Assembly (NCBI GenBank): GCA_963708075.1 | Contig: OY970194.1 | Location: 3,648,001-3,712,000, forward strand | DNA from: Sedimentisphaerales bacterium | GTDB taxonomy: Bacteria > Planctomycetota > Phycisphaerae > Sedimentisphaerales > Anaerobacaceae | DNA length: 64,000 bases | Reading direction: 5' to 3' | Shown here: positions 11,745-21,877 of the stretch, one piece after another | Layout of the letters: each line of letters opens with the position of its first letter | Numbering within the stretch: the first letter of the stretch is position 1 | The notes under the pieces: generated by a model | Databases searched by the model: none | What the model was told of the DNA's origin: nothing | Seen by the model: the letters and a program-made list of their open reading frames with translations, nothing else | Program-made: the position numbers and the translations under genes

Positions 11745-12099
11745 TCACTCTTTCTGAGCATGAGATTGCCCCCGGGCAAACGTCAGAATATGATCAATCG
11801 CCTCACGCTTGTCTTCGCCCAGACCCTCCAATTCCTTGAGGCTCAGCCAGCCCTCACGAACCAGCCGGGCGAACACAAGGATGAGCACGGAGTATCGGTA
11901 ATCGTATTTCTCATCGACATCCTTCAATGTCCGTCTCAAGAAGTCATGGAGCCTCCACAGGTCGCCGGGCTCCTGCATTCGGTTGGCCATTTCGCGTGTC
12001 TTGTGCAGCAGGTTCTCGATACTCCCTCTCATGCGCAGCATCAAACGCCCGCCGGGCGATTTCCTTCTCCCTCTTGGACCACGACATCTCGAATGTCAT
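11745..12099 (-). CDS. Fluorescence recovery protein (FRP) homologue, frameshift near 12020
   Basis: WSKREKEIARRAFDAAHERE in one frame, then LWRLHDFL..KYDYRYSVLILVFARLVREGWLSLKELEGL in ORF 11745..12044; matches the FRP family pattern. Confidence 0.75.
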
Positions 12100-12393
12100 A
12101 TCAGTTCCCACAAAAGCCAACATGCAAACAGCACCACAATCACTATCGCCAGGAATATGAACGCCCGCTTTCGGCGCTCGCGGAAGTATGATTGAGCGAG
12201 GGTTCTCGTCGAGATAGCACCTGTCGCCGACCTTCTTGATGACGCCCCGGCCGACGAGCCGCCTGTAGTACCATCGATCCGAGTACGGAACCTGCGACTC
12301 TGCAACGGCCGATTCAGGAGAGATTGCCCGTCGCTCCCGCAGGAACGAGAAGATCCGCTTGATTCGTATTACGATAACCGCACCCGCCGACAT
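12096..12393 (-). CDS. Small hypothetical membrane protein, frameshift near 12200
   Basis: AGGAG RBS before the ATG at 12393; the C-terminal TM helix is in ORF 12096..12305; the stop overlaps the FRP-like start (ATGA). Confidence 0.55.
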
Positions 12394-12713
12394 CTCCTTC
12401 TCCTGTTCTGTGATCTTATATCCCTCGGCCAGCCGGGGGCTCCCACGGTCCGATACCGCCTTTCATTGACAGTGATCATCTCCCGGACTCTTTCCATAGC
12501 GTTTCTCCTTGGCCTCTTAGCTTACTATCTATGGTACCTCTCCTGCATCAGAAAACAACCGTATCGGCTGGTTTTCGGGGGAATCCCATGGATAGGCGAT
12601 TTGCCTTTTCCCGGGAGTCTGCTACAATACGTGGTTTGTGCCGCCGTGGAAAAAAGCAGATGCACAACGGGAGGTGGGGAATCGTATAGTTTCGGGGAAG
12701 ACGGACTCAATAG

Positions 12714-12781
12714 GTAGGGTGTGCATCGCACACCGGGAAACAACGACGAGGCCAGGAAATGGTGTGCAGTGCACACCCTGC
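12714..12781. repeat. REP doublet (GTAGGGTGTGCA.CGCACACC family)
   Basis: Inverted pair GTAGGGTGTGCATCGCACACC...GGTGTGCAGTGCACACCCTGC upstream of uvrA; further copies at 45403 and 47396. Confidence 0.75.
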
Positions 12782-12787
12782 AGGACT

Positions 12788-15631
12788 ATGGTTGATCATA
12801 CAGAGAAAGTCATTCGGGTCGAGGGTGCCGCCGAGCACAACCTGAAGAATATCAGTCTGGACATCCCGCGCGACAAGCTCGTGGTCATCACGGGCATCAG
12901 CGGCTCGGGCAAAAGCTCGCTGGCGTTCGACACGATCTACGCCGAGGGCCGGCGCAAGTACGTCGAATCGCTCAGCGCGTATGCGCGGCAGTTCCTGGAG
13001 CAGATGCAAAAGCCCGCGGTCAACGAGATCTCGGGCCTGCCGCCGACGATCGCCATTGAGCAGCGAAGCGCCAGCAGCAACCCGCGCTCGACGGTGGCGA
13101 CGACCACGGAGATCTACGACTACTTCCGGCTGCTCTTCGCCCGGGTAGGTCAGCCTCACTGCTGGGTCTGCGGCCGGGAAATCACCAGCCAGCACTCCTC
13201 GCAGATCGTCGAGTCGATCCTCACCCGGCCGGAAGGGACCAAGATTCAGGTCTGCGCCCCCCTGATCCGAGGCAAGAAGGGCGAGCACAAGGATATCTTC
13301 GCCAACATTCAGCGGGAGGGATTCGTCCGCGTCCGCGTCGATGGCTCCGTATATGACCTGCGAAACGCGCCCACCCTGAACAAGAACAAGAAGCATGACA
13401 TCGCTGCCGTCGTGGACAGGCTGATCATCCGCGAAGGCGTCAGCATCCGCATGGCGGACTCCGTCGAGACCGCGCTGAAGCTGGCCGATGGAATCCTGCT
13501 CGTGCTCCTCCAGGAGCCTGGGGCCGAAAAAGGCGGCGAAGGCGACGGCAAATGGGAAGAGGCGATCTACAGCGAGAAATTCGCCTGTCCTGAGCACCCG
13601 GAGGCGAGCCTGGAAGAGCTCTCGCCGAGACTGTTCAGCTTCAACAGCCCGTATGGAGCGTGCAAAAGCTGCGATGGGCTCGGCACCATCCTGGAGTTCG
13701 ACCCCGATCTCATTGTGCCCGATAAGAGCGTTTCGCTCGAAAGTGGGGCCGTGGACGCCTGGCGCCGTAGCGGCAAGCGAATGAACATCTACTACAACCG
13801 CCTGGTCAAGCGGTTCTGCCGCGATACCGGGATCAGCAAATCCATCCCCTACGAAGAGATCCCGAAGGATGTCCAGCGGATACTGATGTACGGCACGACC
13901 GAGGAGGACGAAGAGAAGCACGGCGTGTGGTTCGAGGGGGTCATCCCCAACCTGGATCGACGCTGGAAGAACACCACGAGCGAGTACGTCAAGACGCGGC
14001 TGCACGGGTACCTGTCGGAGCAACCCTGCCAGGCGTGCCACGGCGCGAGGCTTCGGCCGGAAGCCATCGCCGTGACCGTCGGAGGCATGAACGTCCAGGC
14101 GCTGGCTCGCCTGAGCGTCGAGAATGCCCAGCGGTTCTTCAACGATCTCAAGCTCGACAAGGAGCAGACGATTATCGCCGCCCAGATCCTCAAGGAGATC
14201 AAGGCCCGGCTGCAATTCATGATGGACGTCGGGCTCGGCTACTTGACGCTGGACCGCATGAGCAGCACGCTGGCCGGGGGCGAAGCCCAGCGTATCCGGC
14301 TGGCCACCCAGGTCGGCAGCGGCCTGGTCGGAGTCTGCTATGTGCTCGATGAGCCGACCATCGGCCTGCACAAGCGGGACAACGACCGGCTCCTGGGCAT
14401 CCTGCAAAAGCTCAGCCAGATCGGCAACACGGTGCTGGTCGTCGAGCACGACGAGGACATCATGCGTGCCGCCGACCATATCATCGATATCGGCCCGGCG
14501 GCCGGGGCGCATGGCGGCGAGCTTCTCGTACAAGGCACCATGGAGGACATCATCAAGTGCGAGCGGTCGCTCACCGGCGAGTACCTCAGCGGCAAAAAGA
14601 GTATCGCCGTACCTGCGAAGCGACGCTCGTACAGTCTGAAAAAATGCATCGAAGTCAAGGGGGCCGCAGAGCACAATCTCAAAGAGATCGATGTCAAGTT
14701 CCCACTTGGCGCGTTCATCTGCGTCACCGGCGTCTCCGGCTCCGGCAAGAGCACGCTCGTCAATCACATCCTCGTGCGAGCCCTGAAACGCCACCTGTAC
14801 CAATCCCGCGAGAAGCCGGGCACACACAAGAACGTCCTCGGAATCTCGCAGGTCGACAAGGTCATCGAGATCGACCAGTCGCCCATCGGCAAGACGCCGC
14901 GAAGCAACCCCGCGACCTACACAGGCGCTTTCGATCTGATCCGCAAGCTCTTCGCGATGACGCGCGAGGCCAAGATTCGCGGCTACACCGCCGGTCGGTT
15001 CAGCTTCAACGTCAAGGGCGGCCGCTGCGAGTCCTGCCGCGGCCAGGGCACCAAAAAGATCGAGATGCACTTCTTGCCCGACGTTTACGTCACCTGCCAG
15101 AGCTGCAAGGGCACCCGGTACAACCCGGAGACCCTCCAGATCACGTACAAGGGCAAGAACATCGCCGACGTGCTCGACATGCGGATTGAGGATGCGGTGG
15201 ATTTCTTCGCCAATTTCCCGACGATTGTCCGGGTCCTCAAAACGCTGACCGAGGTCGGGCTGGGCTATATGCAGGTCGGCCAGTCCTCGACGACACTCTC
15301 GGGCGGCGAGGCCCAGCGGGTGAAGCTCTCGGCCGAGTTGGGCAAGGCGGCGACCGGCCACACGCTCTACATCCTCGATGAGCCGACGACCGGCCTGCAC
15401 TTCGCGGACATTCACAACCTTCTGAACGTCTTGCAACGGCTGTGTGACATGGGCAATACCATCATCGTCATCGAACATAACCTTGATGTCGTCAAGACGG
15501 CGGATTATATAATAGACCTCGGTCCCGAGGGTGGTGACGCCGGTGGAACGGTCGTGGCCGCCGGGACGCCTGAGGAAATTGTAAAGAATCCGAAAAGCTA
15601 TACGGGCAGGTTCCTCAAAGCGAAGCTTTGA
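12788..15631 (+). CDS. uvrA: Excinuclease ABC subunit A
   Basis: Two ABC cassettes (GISGSGKSS, GVSGSGKST), zinc fingers, LAGGEAQRIRLATQ, LSGGEAQRVKL. Confidence 0.98.
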   Translation: MVDHTEKVIRVEGAAEHNLKNISLDIPRDKLVVITGISGSGKSSLAFDTIYAEGRRKYVESLSAYARQFLEQMQKPAVNEISGLPPTIAIEQRSASSNPRSTVATTTEIYDYFRLLFARVGQPHCWVCGREITSQHSSQIVESILTRPEGTKIQVCAPLIRGKKGEHKDIFANIQREGFVRVRVDGSVYDLRNAPTLNKNKKHDIAAVVDRLIIREGVSIRMADSVETALKLADGILLVLLQEPGAEKGGEGDGKWEEAIYSEKFACPEHPEASLEELSPRLFSFNSPYGACKSCDGLGTILEFDPDLIVPDKSVSLESGAVDAWRRSGKRMNIYYNRLVKRFCRDTGISKSIPYEEIPKDVQRILMYGTTEEDEEKHGVWFEGVIPNLDRRWKNTTSEYVKTRLHGYLSEQPCQACHGARLRPEAIAVTVGGMNVQALARLSVENAQRFFNDLKLDKEQTIIAAQILKEIKARLQFMMDVGLGYLTLDRMSSTLAGGEAQRIRLATQVGSGLVGVCYVLDEPTIGLHKRDNDRLLGILQKLSQIGNTVLVVEHDEDIMRAADHIIDIGPAAGAHGGELLVQGTMEDIIKCERSLTGEYLSGKKSIAVPAKRRSYSLKKCIEVKGAAEHNLKEIDVKFPLGAFICVTGVSGSGKSTLVNHILVRALKRHLYQSREKPGTHKNVLGISQVDKVIEIDQSPIGKTPRSNPATYTGAFDLIRKLFAMTREAKIRGYTAGRFSFNVKGGRCESCRGQGTKKIEMHFLPDVYVTCQSCKGTRYNPETLQITYKGKNIADVLDMRIEDAVDFFANFPTIVRVLKTLTEVGLGYMQVGQSSTTLSGGEAQRVKLSAELGKAATGHTLYILDEPTTGLHFADIHNLLNVLQRLCDMGNTIIVIEHNLDVVKTADYIIDLGPEGGDAGGTVVAAGTPEEIVKNPKSYTGRFLKAKL

Positions 15632-15746
15632 GATTGATGATTTACGATTGACGATTTACGATTTGGCTTTGCCGGCCGAACGTAGTCACGCGAACCAACG
15701 CGACATGCCTGCAAATCGTAAATGGTAAATCATAATTCGTAAATTC
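15632..15746. repeat. Inverted pair of (GATTTAC)n heptamer tracts
   Basis: gattgatgatttacgattgacgatttacgattt ... aaatcgtaaatggtaaatcataattcgtaaatt; same layout at 52282-52366. Confidence 0.7.
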
Positions 15747-15796
15747 CAGGAGGTGGCAAGATAGAAGCCGCACAGCCCCGACAGTGGGAATTTCAG

Positions 15797-18426
15797 TTGA
15801 GCAGCGTTGAAGACCTCAGAAACCTCAGCGGCAGGCTGGGCGTCTCGGTCGATGCCATTGACGATGTCTCGATTCTCGCCCAACCGGTGCCATTCGCCGG
15901 GCTTACGATCCCCAACTCTCTGGCGGTGCATCCGATGGAAGGCTGTGACGGCGACGCCCTGGGCCGGCCGGACAAGCTCACCTTCCGGCGGTACGAGCGA
16001 TTCGCCGCCGGCGGTGCGGGCCTGATCTGGGCGGAGGCCATCGCCGTCGTGCAGGAGGCCCGGGCCAACCCGCGCCAACTGTGGCTGCATCAGGGCAGCA
16101 AGGAGGCCTTCGCGGCGATGGTCAAGCGGGCGAGGGAGAAGGCCGCCGAGGCCAATGGGGCCGGGCACAGGCCCGTGATGATCGCCCAACTGACCCACTC
16201 GGGCCGGTACAGCAAGCCGGGCCCGGCGCCAAAGCCGATCATTCCGGAGCGTGACCCCTATCGCGACGCGATGACGCCGCAACCGAAGCCCGACACGAAT
16301 CGAAAGAGCAGGATTCCCGAGGACTATCCTCTCGTCACGGATGAGTACCTCGACCAGCTTCAGGAGGCATACGTCGAGGCCGCACGAATTGCCTTCGAAG
16401 TCGGCTTCGATGCGGTGGACATCAAATCATGTCACGGCTACCTCATCAACGAATTGCATGCCTGTCATAATCGGCCCGGCAAGTACGGCGGATCGTTCGA
16501 GAACCGCACGAGATTCATCCTGGAGGTGATCGACAGAATCCGCGGCGAGCTTGGCGACAAGGCCCGGATCGTCACCCGCATGGGCATTTATGATGCCATC
16601 CCGTACCCCTACGGCTGGGGCGTGGACAAGAACGATTACACGAAGCCCGACCTGACCGAGCCCAAGAGGCTCATCGGCCTGCTGCGCCAGCGAGGCGTCA
16701 GGCTCATCAACATCACCATCGCCAATCCTTACTACAATCCCCACGTGGGCCGGCCGTTCAATGAGCCCATCGTCGGTGGGTACCCCGAGCCGGAGCATCC
16801 GCTGGTCGGCGTGGCAAGGCTCGTCAGACTGACGGGTGAAATTCAAAGGGAGTTCCCCGACGTCGCGTTCGTCGGCACAGGCTATAGCTGGCTGCGAACG
16901 CTCTTCGCCAACGTCGGGGCTGCCAACAAAACAAACGGCCTGGTGACCCTGATCGGCGCAGGGCGCATGGGATTCGCCTATCCCGATTTCGCACGCGACA
17001 TCATCAACGACGGCAGGATGTATCCGGAGAAGGTCTGCGTCGGCTGCAGCGCGTGCACACAGATCATGCGGGACAGCGGCAGGACAGGCTGCGTCGTTCG
17101 AGACAATGAGAACCTATGGCCCAATCTTCAGGCACGGCCGGATGAGTGACCGGGAGAACCTGCTGCGTCTGGCCTCGGCCTGCCGCAAGTGCCAGGAGCC
17201 GACCTGTCAACTCGCCTGCCCGGCTGGAGTCCCGATCCCGCAGTTCATCGGCCTGTTCCTCGACGGCAAGGAGCGCGAGGCCTACGAGGCCATCCGCCAG
17301 GCGAACGTGTTCCCCGAGGTCTGTGCCTGGCTGTGCCCGGTGGAGCAGCAGTGCCAGGGCAACTGCCTGCAGAGCTTCATCGGCGACGGCCCCCTGCCGA
17401 TTGCGGATATCCAGAAGTACCTCGCCGTACAAGCGAACAAGAACGGCTGGTCCAGATTGCGCATCCCCGACAAAGCGACGGGAAAGAAGATCGCGATCAT
17501 CGGGGCCGGTCCCGCAGGCTTGGCCTGCGCCGCACGATTGCTCGAAGCCGGCCATACTGCGACAATCTTCGACAAGAGCGCCGCGTTCGGCGGCACAGTC
17601 GAATCCGTCATCCCGCCCGACAGACAATGCAACTCGCTCAAGAACGAGCTATCCGCCATTTTCGCCGACGTGCCCAAGGACCGGATGATTCTGCGTCTTG
17701 GCAAGAAGCTCGACGTCAATCACAATCTTGACACGATTCTGTCCCAGGGATTCGACGCCGCGTTCATCGGGCTGGGCCTGCAGGAATCCGTCAGCATCGA
17801 GAGCCGACGGCTCAGCGGCCTGTGGAATGCGATGGACTTCCTGTCCGCCGCGAAACAACCGGGCGCGATGAGCCTTGCGGACAGGAGCGTTGCCGTCATC
17901 GGCGGCGGCAATACGGCGATGGACGTCGCCGTCACGGCCAGGCAGCTTGGCGCGGGATGTCTATGTGATCTATCGCCGGTCCTTCCAGGAGATGCCCGCG
18001 TGGAGCGCCGAGCGGGACCGCGCCATCCGCGAGGGCGTGCATTTCCTTGTGCTGACCCAGCCACTCGAATACAGCGGCATCAACGGCAGACTCACGGGGA
18101 TCAGGCTCTGTCCCACGCGTCTGGGCGACCCGGATGCAAGCGGCCGCAGGCGACCCACACCGATTGAATCAAGTGTCTACAATCTCAGCATGGACATAGT
18201 CGTCGAAGCTATCGGCCAGACTGCATCGGGCGGTATCCGGGAGATACTTTCGGGCATCGAGTTCGATGGTAATCTCATCCGAACGCGGGACGATACGCTC
18301 GCCACGTCCCGCAAGGGCGTCTTCGCCGGCGGCGATCTCGTCCGGGGACCCTCCACGGTGGTGGCCGCCGTCGCCGACGGCATGAGAGCCGCCAAAGAAG
18401 TAGACCTGTTTCTTCAGAAACGATAG
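15797..18426 (+). CDS. NADH:flavin oxidoreductase (OYE) fused to a GltD/DPD-like Fe-S FAD domain; two frameshifts (about 17110 and 17955)
   Basis: OYE motifs (HPMEGCD, AQLTHSGR, CHGYL, YGGSFENR), then CRKCQEPTCQLACP, IIGAGPAGL, GGGNTAMD, YRRS and GVFAGGD across three overlapping ORFs. Confidence 0.8.
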
Positions 18427-18441
18427 AGAAGGAATTACGCC

Positions 18442-19212
18442 ATGAGAGATCGACCCGTCGCCATCGTCACGGGCGCCAGCCGCGGTATCGGCAGAAGTGT
18501 GGCCATGGAACTCGCCTCCCTGGGCTACGATCTGGTGATCAATCGGGTCCAGGAGCAGCAGCCGGATGTCCTGCAGGAAGCCGGCGGACTGGGCTCGCGT
18601 TGTGAGTTTGCCCCGGGCAGTGTCGCGGAGGCGGAAGTACGAAGACAAATCGTGGAGCTGACGAAGACCACATTCGGCCGATGCGACCTGCTCGTCAATA
18701 ACGCCGGCACCGGCCCGATGAAACGCCTCGACATCCTCGAAGCGACGGAGGAGAGCTACGATCGCGTTCTCAGCATCAACCTCAAAGGCCCTTACTTCCT
18801 CACCCAGATCGTGGCCAACTGGATGATCGAGCAGAGGAAGCAGGACCCGGGCCGGCCCATGCGGATCGTCAATATCGGCTCCATCTCCGCCTATGCCAGC
18901 TCGCCCTCCCGCGGGGAGTACTGCATCAGCAAGGCAGGCATCGCTATGATGACCAAGCTCTACGCCGACCGCCTGGCCGAGTATGGAATCGGGGTCTTCG
19001 AGATCAGTCCCGGCATCATCGAAACCGATATGACGAGCGTCGTGAAAGAGAAATACGACAAGCTCATCGCCGAGGGGCTCACTCCCATCCGCCGCTGGGG
19101 CAAGCCCGGCGATGTGGCCAAGGCCGTCGGCGCGATCGCGGAAGGCCGCCTCGACTTCTCGACAGGCAGTGTCATCAACGTTGACGGCGGATTTCATTTG
19201 AAACGACTGTGA
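18442..19212 (+). CDS. Short-chain dehydrogenase/reductase
   Basis: TGASRGIG, NNAG, YCISK, PGIIETDM. Confidence 0.92.
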   Translation: MRDRPVAIVTGASRGIGRSVAMELASLGYDLVINRVQEQQPDVLQEAGGLGSRCEFAPGSVAEAEVRRQIVELTKTTFGRCDLLVNNAGTGPMKRLDILEATEESYDRVLSINLKGPYFLTQIVANWMIEQRKQDPGRPMRIVNIGSISAYASSPSRGEYCISKAGIAMMTKLYADRLAEYGIGVFEISPGIIETDMTSVVKEKYDKLIAEGLTPIRRWGKPGDVAKAVGAIAEGRLDFSTGSVINVDGGFHLKRL

Positions 19213-19217
19213 GAACG

Positions 19218-19250
19218 CCTATAGGTCCTATGCGTCCTATAGGTCCTATT
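19218..19250 (+). repeat. Short tandem 9-mer repeat (ATAGGTCCT)
   Basis: cctataggtcctatgcgtcctataggtcctatt, just after the SDR stop. Confidence 0.7.
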
Positions 19251-19272
19251 CCACAAATCGCGAGGGACCCTT

Positions 19273-20058
19273 ATGAATATAGATGCCACGCTCACCACGC
19301 TCCTGCGTGATGGTTTCATTCTCGTTTTCAACCAGGACAAGCTCGACATCGTCAAGACGGCCGAGGCCCTGCTGGCGGCGGGGATCAACAACATGGAGGT
19401 CACCTGCCGGATCAGCCGGCCGCTCGAGAAACTCTCGCGGCTCCGCAAGGAGTTGCCCGATTTCGTGGCCGGCTCGGCCAGCCTCATCGATTGGCCCGGC
19501 ATGCTCGCCGTCTACAACGACGCGCACCGCGACGATCCCCTGCCCACTCTTCAGCAGGTGGTCGATGCCGGGGCCTGCTACCTCGTCTCGGCGGTCAATT
19601 TCAGCGACGCGAGTCTCCACAAGTTCGCAGGCAAGGTGCCGATGATCCCGGGCTGCGGCAGCGCCACGGAAGTCGTGACGCAGTTCGGCAAAGGCGCGAA
19701 CCTGTGCAAGGTCTTCCCCGCCCAGGAGTTGGGCGGTCCGGCGTTTGTCAAGGCAATCGATCCGGCCATTCACAAGACGATCAGCCTCGTGCCCACGGGG
19801 GGCACCACCGCGGCGAATATCCCCGACTACATCGACGCCGGCGTCCTCGTCCTCGGCGGCTCGTTCAGCATGATCGACAAGGCAAAGATGCAGAAGATCG
19901 TGGACGAGCAGGACTATAAGCTGCTGGCCGGCGAGCTTACACAGATCAAGCAGCTTATCGACCGGCTGCGCGCGGCCAAGTACCGCGGTCTCGATTTCGC
20001 AAGCGCCTCCATCGAGCAGATCAGCACGAAGACCGGCCGCAACTTCAACGTCGCTTGA
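19273..20058 (+). CDS. eda: KDPG/KHG aldolase family protein
   Basis: MEVT, PGCGSATEV, KVFPAQELGGPAFVKAI, VPTGG. Confidence 0.85.
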   Translation: MNIDATLTTLLRDGFILVFNQDKLDIVKTAEALLAAGINNMEVTCRISRPLEKLSRLRKELPDFVAGSASLIDWPGMLAVYNDAHRDDPLPTLQQVVDAGACYLVSAVNFSDASLHKFAGKVPMIPGCGSATEVVTQFGKGANLCKVFPAQELGGPAFVKAIDPAIHKTISLVPTGGTTAANIPDYIDAGVLVLGGSFSMIDKAKMQKIVDEQDYKLLAGELTQIKQLIDRLRAAKYRGLDFASASIEQISTKTGRNFNVA

Positions 20059-20108
20059 GAACTCATACCAACTACAGTTGAGTTTTTCGTAATACGGAAC
20101 AGCAATCC

Positions 20109-20188
20109 GGGTGGCAGCGTCAAGGCCGAAGGCCTTGGCAATGGCGAATGGGCAAACCATCGCCAAGCTGCGCTTGACGCTGCCACTC
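20109..20188. repeat. 80-bp REP doublet (REPIN) cognate to the RAYT
   Basis: GGGTGGCAGCGTCAAGGCCGAAGGCCTTGGC...GCCAAGCTGCGCTTGACGCTGCCAC; near-exact reverse complement of 31457-31536. Confidence 0.9.
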
Positions 20189-20234
20189 AAGATGCCAAAT
20201 GCTCAGGAGAAATCGGTATCAGGAGTGAAATCTG

Positions 20235-21704
20235 ATGATGGGGTCTCTCTCTGTCCTGGTCGTTTTATCGCTCGCCGCCACCGAGGGCAACCATGAGTCC
20301 GCCCTGACGTTGAATCGCAAAGACACCGGCTACCGCGGCGTCTGGTACATGAACGAGCCGCTCAAGAACGAGTATCGCTTCAAGTACAGCGGCGGGCTGG
20401 GCACGTTCTGTGCCAAGCACAGCCCCTTCGCCGTCTACTGCGACAAGGTCAAAAAGACCTTCTTCTGTTACGGCGGGACTACGGAGGACTCGCATCTCCG
20501 GCACGATCTGACAACCGCCGGCGACTCAAAGGACATGCCCGGCATCCTGCTGCACATGGTCTCGTACTACGACCACACGACCGGCAAGGTCCCGCGTCCC
20601 ACCATCCTGCTCGACAAGCGGACCAAGGACGCACACGACAACCCGGTGATCGCGGTGGATGATAAAGGATACATCTGGATCTTCTCCACATCCCATGGGA
20701 CCTCGCGACCTTCCTACATCCACCGGAGCAGGCAGCCTTACAACATTGATGAGTTCGAGCAAGTCCACGCCACGAAACTCGAGGACGGCCGGGAAGTCCC
20801 CATGACGAACTTCTCGTACATGCAGTCCTGGTTTGTCCCCGGGCAGGGTTTTGCGGCCTTCTTCACGCGTTACAACTACCCGGCCAAGCGCACGGCCTGC
20901 TTCATGACCAGCCCCGACGGCGCGCATTGGTCCGCCTGGCAGAGGCTCGCCGCCATCGACGAGGGACACTACCAGATCAGCACGGCAAACGGGCACAAGG
21001 CCGGCTCGGCTCTCGATTACCACCCGAAGGGCAAAGGCCTCAATTGGCGGACCAATCTCTACTACATGGAGACGACAGACCGCGGACGGTCGTGGCATAG
21101 TGCGGACGGAGCCAGTCTCACGCTGCCTTTGACCGAATCGCGGAACGCCGCGATGGTCCGTGATTACGAGAAAGACGGCCTGCTCGTCTACCTGAAGGAC
21201 ATCTGCTTCGATGAAGCCAACCAGCCCGTGATCCTGTTCATCACGAGCAAGGGATTCCGATCCGGCCCGGAAGATGGTCCCCGCACGTGGACGACCGCTC
21301 GATGGACGGGCAGCGCGTGGGAGATTCGGCCCATCACCACCTCGGGCAACAACTACGACATGGGCTCGCTGTACATCGAAGCCGACGGCCTCTGGCGGAT
21401 CATCGGCCCGACCGAGCAGGGGCCGCAGCCGTACAATCCCGGGGGCGAGATGGCCATGTGGACCAGCGACGATCAAGGCGCCACGTGGAAAAAGGTGCGG
21501 CAGCTTACCAGCAGCAGTCCGTTCAACCACACCTTTGCCAGGCGACCGGTGAACGCCCATGACGACTTCTACGCGTTCTGGGCCGACGGGCACGGCCGGC
21601 AGCCTTCTGCCTCTTCCCTTTACTTCTGCACCAAGGCCGGTACCGTCTTTCGTCTGCCCCAAACCATGACGCAGGATTTCGAAGCACCAGCTCAAGCACA
21701 GTAA
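20235..21704 (+). CDS. Secreted BNR-4 repeat beta-propeller protein
   Basis: Signal peptide, DAHDNP, BNR-like T.D.G.SW and S.D.GATW motifs. Confidence 0.75.
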   Translation: MMGSLSVLVVLSLAATEGNHESALTLNRKDTGYRGVWYMNEPLKNEYRFKYSGGLGTFCAKHSPFAVYCDKVKKTFFCYGGTTEDSHLRHDLTTAGDSKDMPGILLHMVSYYDHTTGKVPRPTILLDKRTKDAHDNPVIAVDDKGYIWIFSTSHGTSRPSYIHRSRQPYNIDEFEQVHATKLEDGREVPMTNFSYMQSWFVPGQGFAAFFTRYNYPAKRTACFMTSPDGAHWSAWQRLAAIDEGHYQISTANGHKAGSALDYHPKGKGLNWRTNLYYMETTDRGRSWHSADGASLTLPLTESRNAAMVRDYEKDGLLVYLKDICFDEANQPVILFITSKGFRSGPEDGPRTWTTARWTGSAWEIRPITTSGNNYDMGSLYIEADGLWRIIGPTEQGPQPYNPGGEMAMWTSDDQGATWKKVRQLTSSSPFNHTFARRPVNAHDDFYAFWADGHGRQPSASSLYFCTKAGTVFRLPQTMTQDFEAPAQAQ

Positions 21705-21877
21705 ACATGAATTTCGAAATTGAATGCCCGTAGGGATTTCCCGACCGCATGGCTGACAGGAGGTTGGCATTCTGGTAAGGTAGAGGCGCAAGATTTTGCG
21801 TCTCCACGGCTTGAGATCGGGATTCGAACTTCGAAATTGACGGCGGGCACCGCCCGCCCCATGGAGTGGTGCCGGAC

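Noticed and set aside
12707..15478. 923-aa minus-strand ORF and similar long antisense ORFs (39152..41095, 1423..2706, 61509..63056)
   Set aside because: Shadows of well-identified genes on the opposite strand, caused by codon bias.
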